Source: Raillietiella orientalis (lineage: Eukaryota). Taken from it: a stretch of 33,034 bases of DNA. Made by a program: the position numbers and the translations under genes. Position 1 is the stretch's first letter. The number at the start of each line of letters is the position of its first letter. This document shows, piece after piece, positions 32,190-33,034 of the stretch. The notes under the pieces are model-generated. The model ran no database searches. It was not told where the DNA came from and worked only from the letters and a program-made list of their open reading frames with translations. The stretch is taken from contig JAYWIR010000196.1 of assembly GCA_036172245.1 (NCBI GenBank), positions 1 to 33,034 on the forward strand, in the 5' to 3' direction.

Positions 32190-33034
32190 AGTTCGTTTTC
32201 ATCCGCGGAGGCATGAAGTCTTTGAGGCGGATCCTCGACCTCGCAGGTCCCCACAAAGCGTTCCTCAACTGGCTTTGCGCCTGCAGCTCAGCCGAGTAGG
32301 GGGGGCGGACAAACAAAAAACAGGGGTCGGAAGAGGAGGGCCACGAAGGTTTCCAAATAACCGCCCATTCCGGCAAAGTAAACTTGCCGTTAATGAACGG
32401 ACTGGCGGCCAACTCTGCCTTATGAAGGCAGTCCGACCACGCTTCGGCAGCGCCGAGGTCGCCCAACGGAACTGCAAGGTACATGAAATACCCTGTCGTG
32501 GGGATCCGCAGGCGGATACAGTCGAACTGCCCCTCCTACGACGCACCCACAAGAACGACCACGCACTTTCCTCTGTTCACGCTCACGCCCGCTTCCCGAC
32601 GAACCAGTTCGAAAAAATCTTCGACACTGGACGCCGGGGTAGTCATGGGTAAAAGGAGAAGCAGGTCGTCAGCATAGGCTGCCACGGATGGCGTTCCTGG
32701 ACAAGGGCTCGGAAGGTTGGCCAGTGTCAGCATGTGCGCCCTTAGCACCAACATAAAGAAGATGCTGAAGAGCAACGGAATTAAACTGTCGCACTACCTG
32801 ATGCCCCGGCGTACCGGAACGCCGTATACGTGGCAGCCGCTGAAAGAGATCGAGATCAGCACGTAAAGCCAGCAAGCGCGCAAATAGGCCACGAGGTGCG
32901 CCGGGAGACAGAAGCGTTCCAGGAACTCCAGAAGTAGATCCTCATTCACGCAGTCAAACCCACATAGTAATCTCACCTGCCTCGGAAAGAGGCGGGTACC
33001 CCCACACCGTCATCTTCCCAGCAGTAATGCCGGA
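32190..33034 (-). mobile_element. LINE RT fragment (same family as B and D), 3'-truncated, runs off the window
   Basis: FDCVNEDLLLEFL, VYGVPVRRGIR, AAYADDLLLLLP, VNRGK, YLAVPLG, LRNALWG; stops and frameshifts. Confidence 0.9.

Noticed and set aside
1..33034. CRISPR arrays, tRNA or rRNA genes, LTRs
   Set aside because: No regularly spaced repeats, cloverleaf or rRNA signatures, or long terminal direct repeats were seen. The 57-bp repeat lacks TG…CA ends and flanks unrelated fragments.

Overview
Eukaryotic, probably animal (inferred from intron positions), repeat-rich genomic DNA; no prokaryotic features. Most of the window is a shuffled mosaic of decayed non-LTR retrotransposon fragments (L1/Tx1-like: ORF1 with CCHC knuckles; ORF2 with APE endonuclease, RT with YADD, and a C-terminal CCHC finger) in alternating orientations. 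There are also fragments of a second LINE-like family and probable intron-containing KDZ/Zisupton-type transposase remnants. One host gene, invisible in the ORF track, can be spliced together by hand: a pepsin/cathepsin-D-like A1 protease homologue (about 21994-26266, + strand). Its seven core exons splice in frame to a 322-aa mature domain, yet both catalytic aspartates are replaced, so it looks like an intact pseudoprotease. Other notable signals are a structure-conserved, sequence-variable LINE 3' end (hairpin, U-rich spacer, AATAAA, CCCGG/CCGGG hairpin), two similar head-to-head LINE junctions, and a 57-bp templated insertion with micro-duplications at a rearrangement junction. All assignments are by eye from motifs; no database searches were run, and TE boundaries are approximate.
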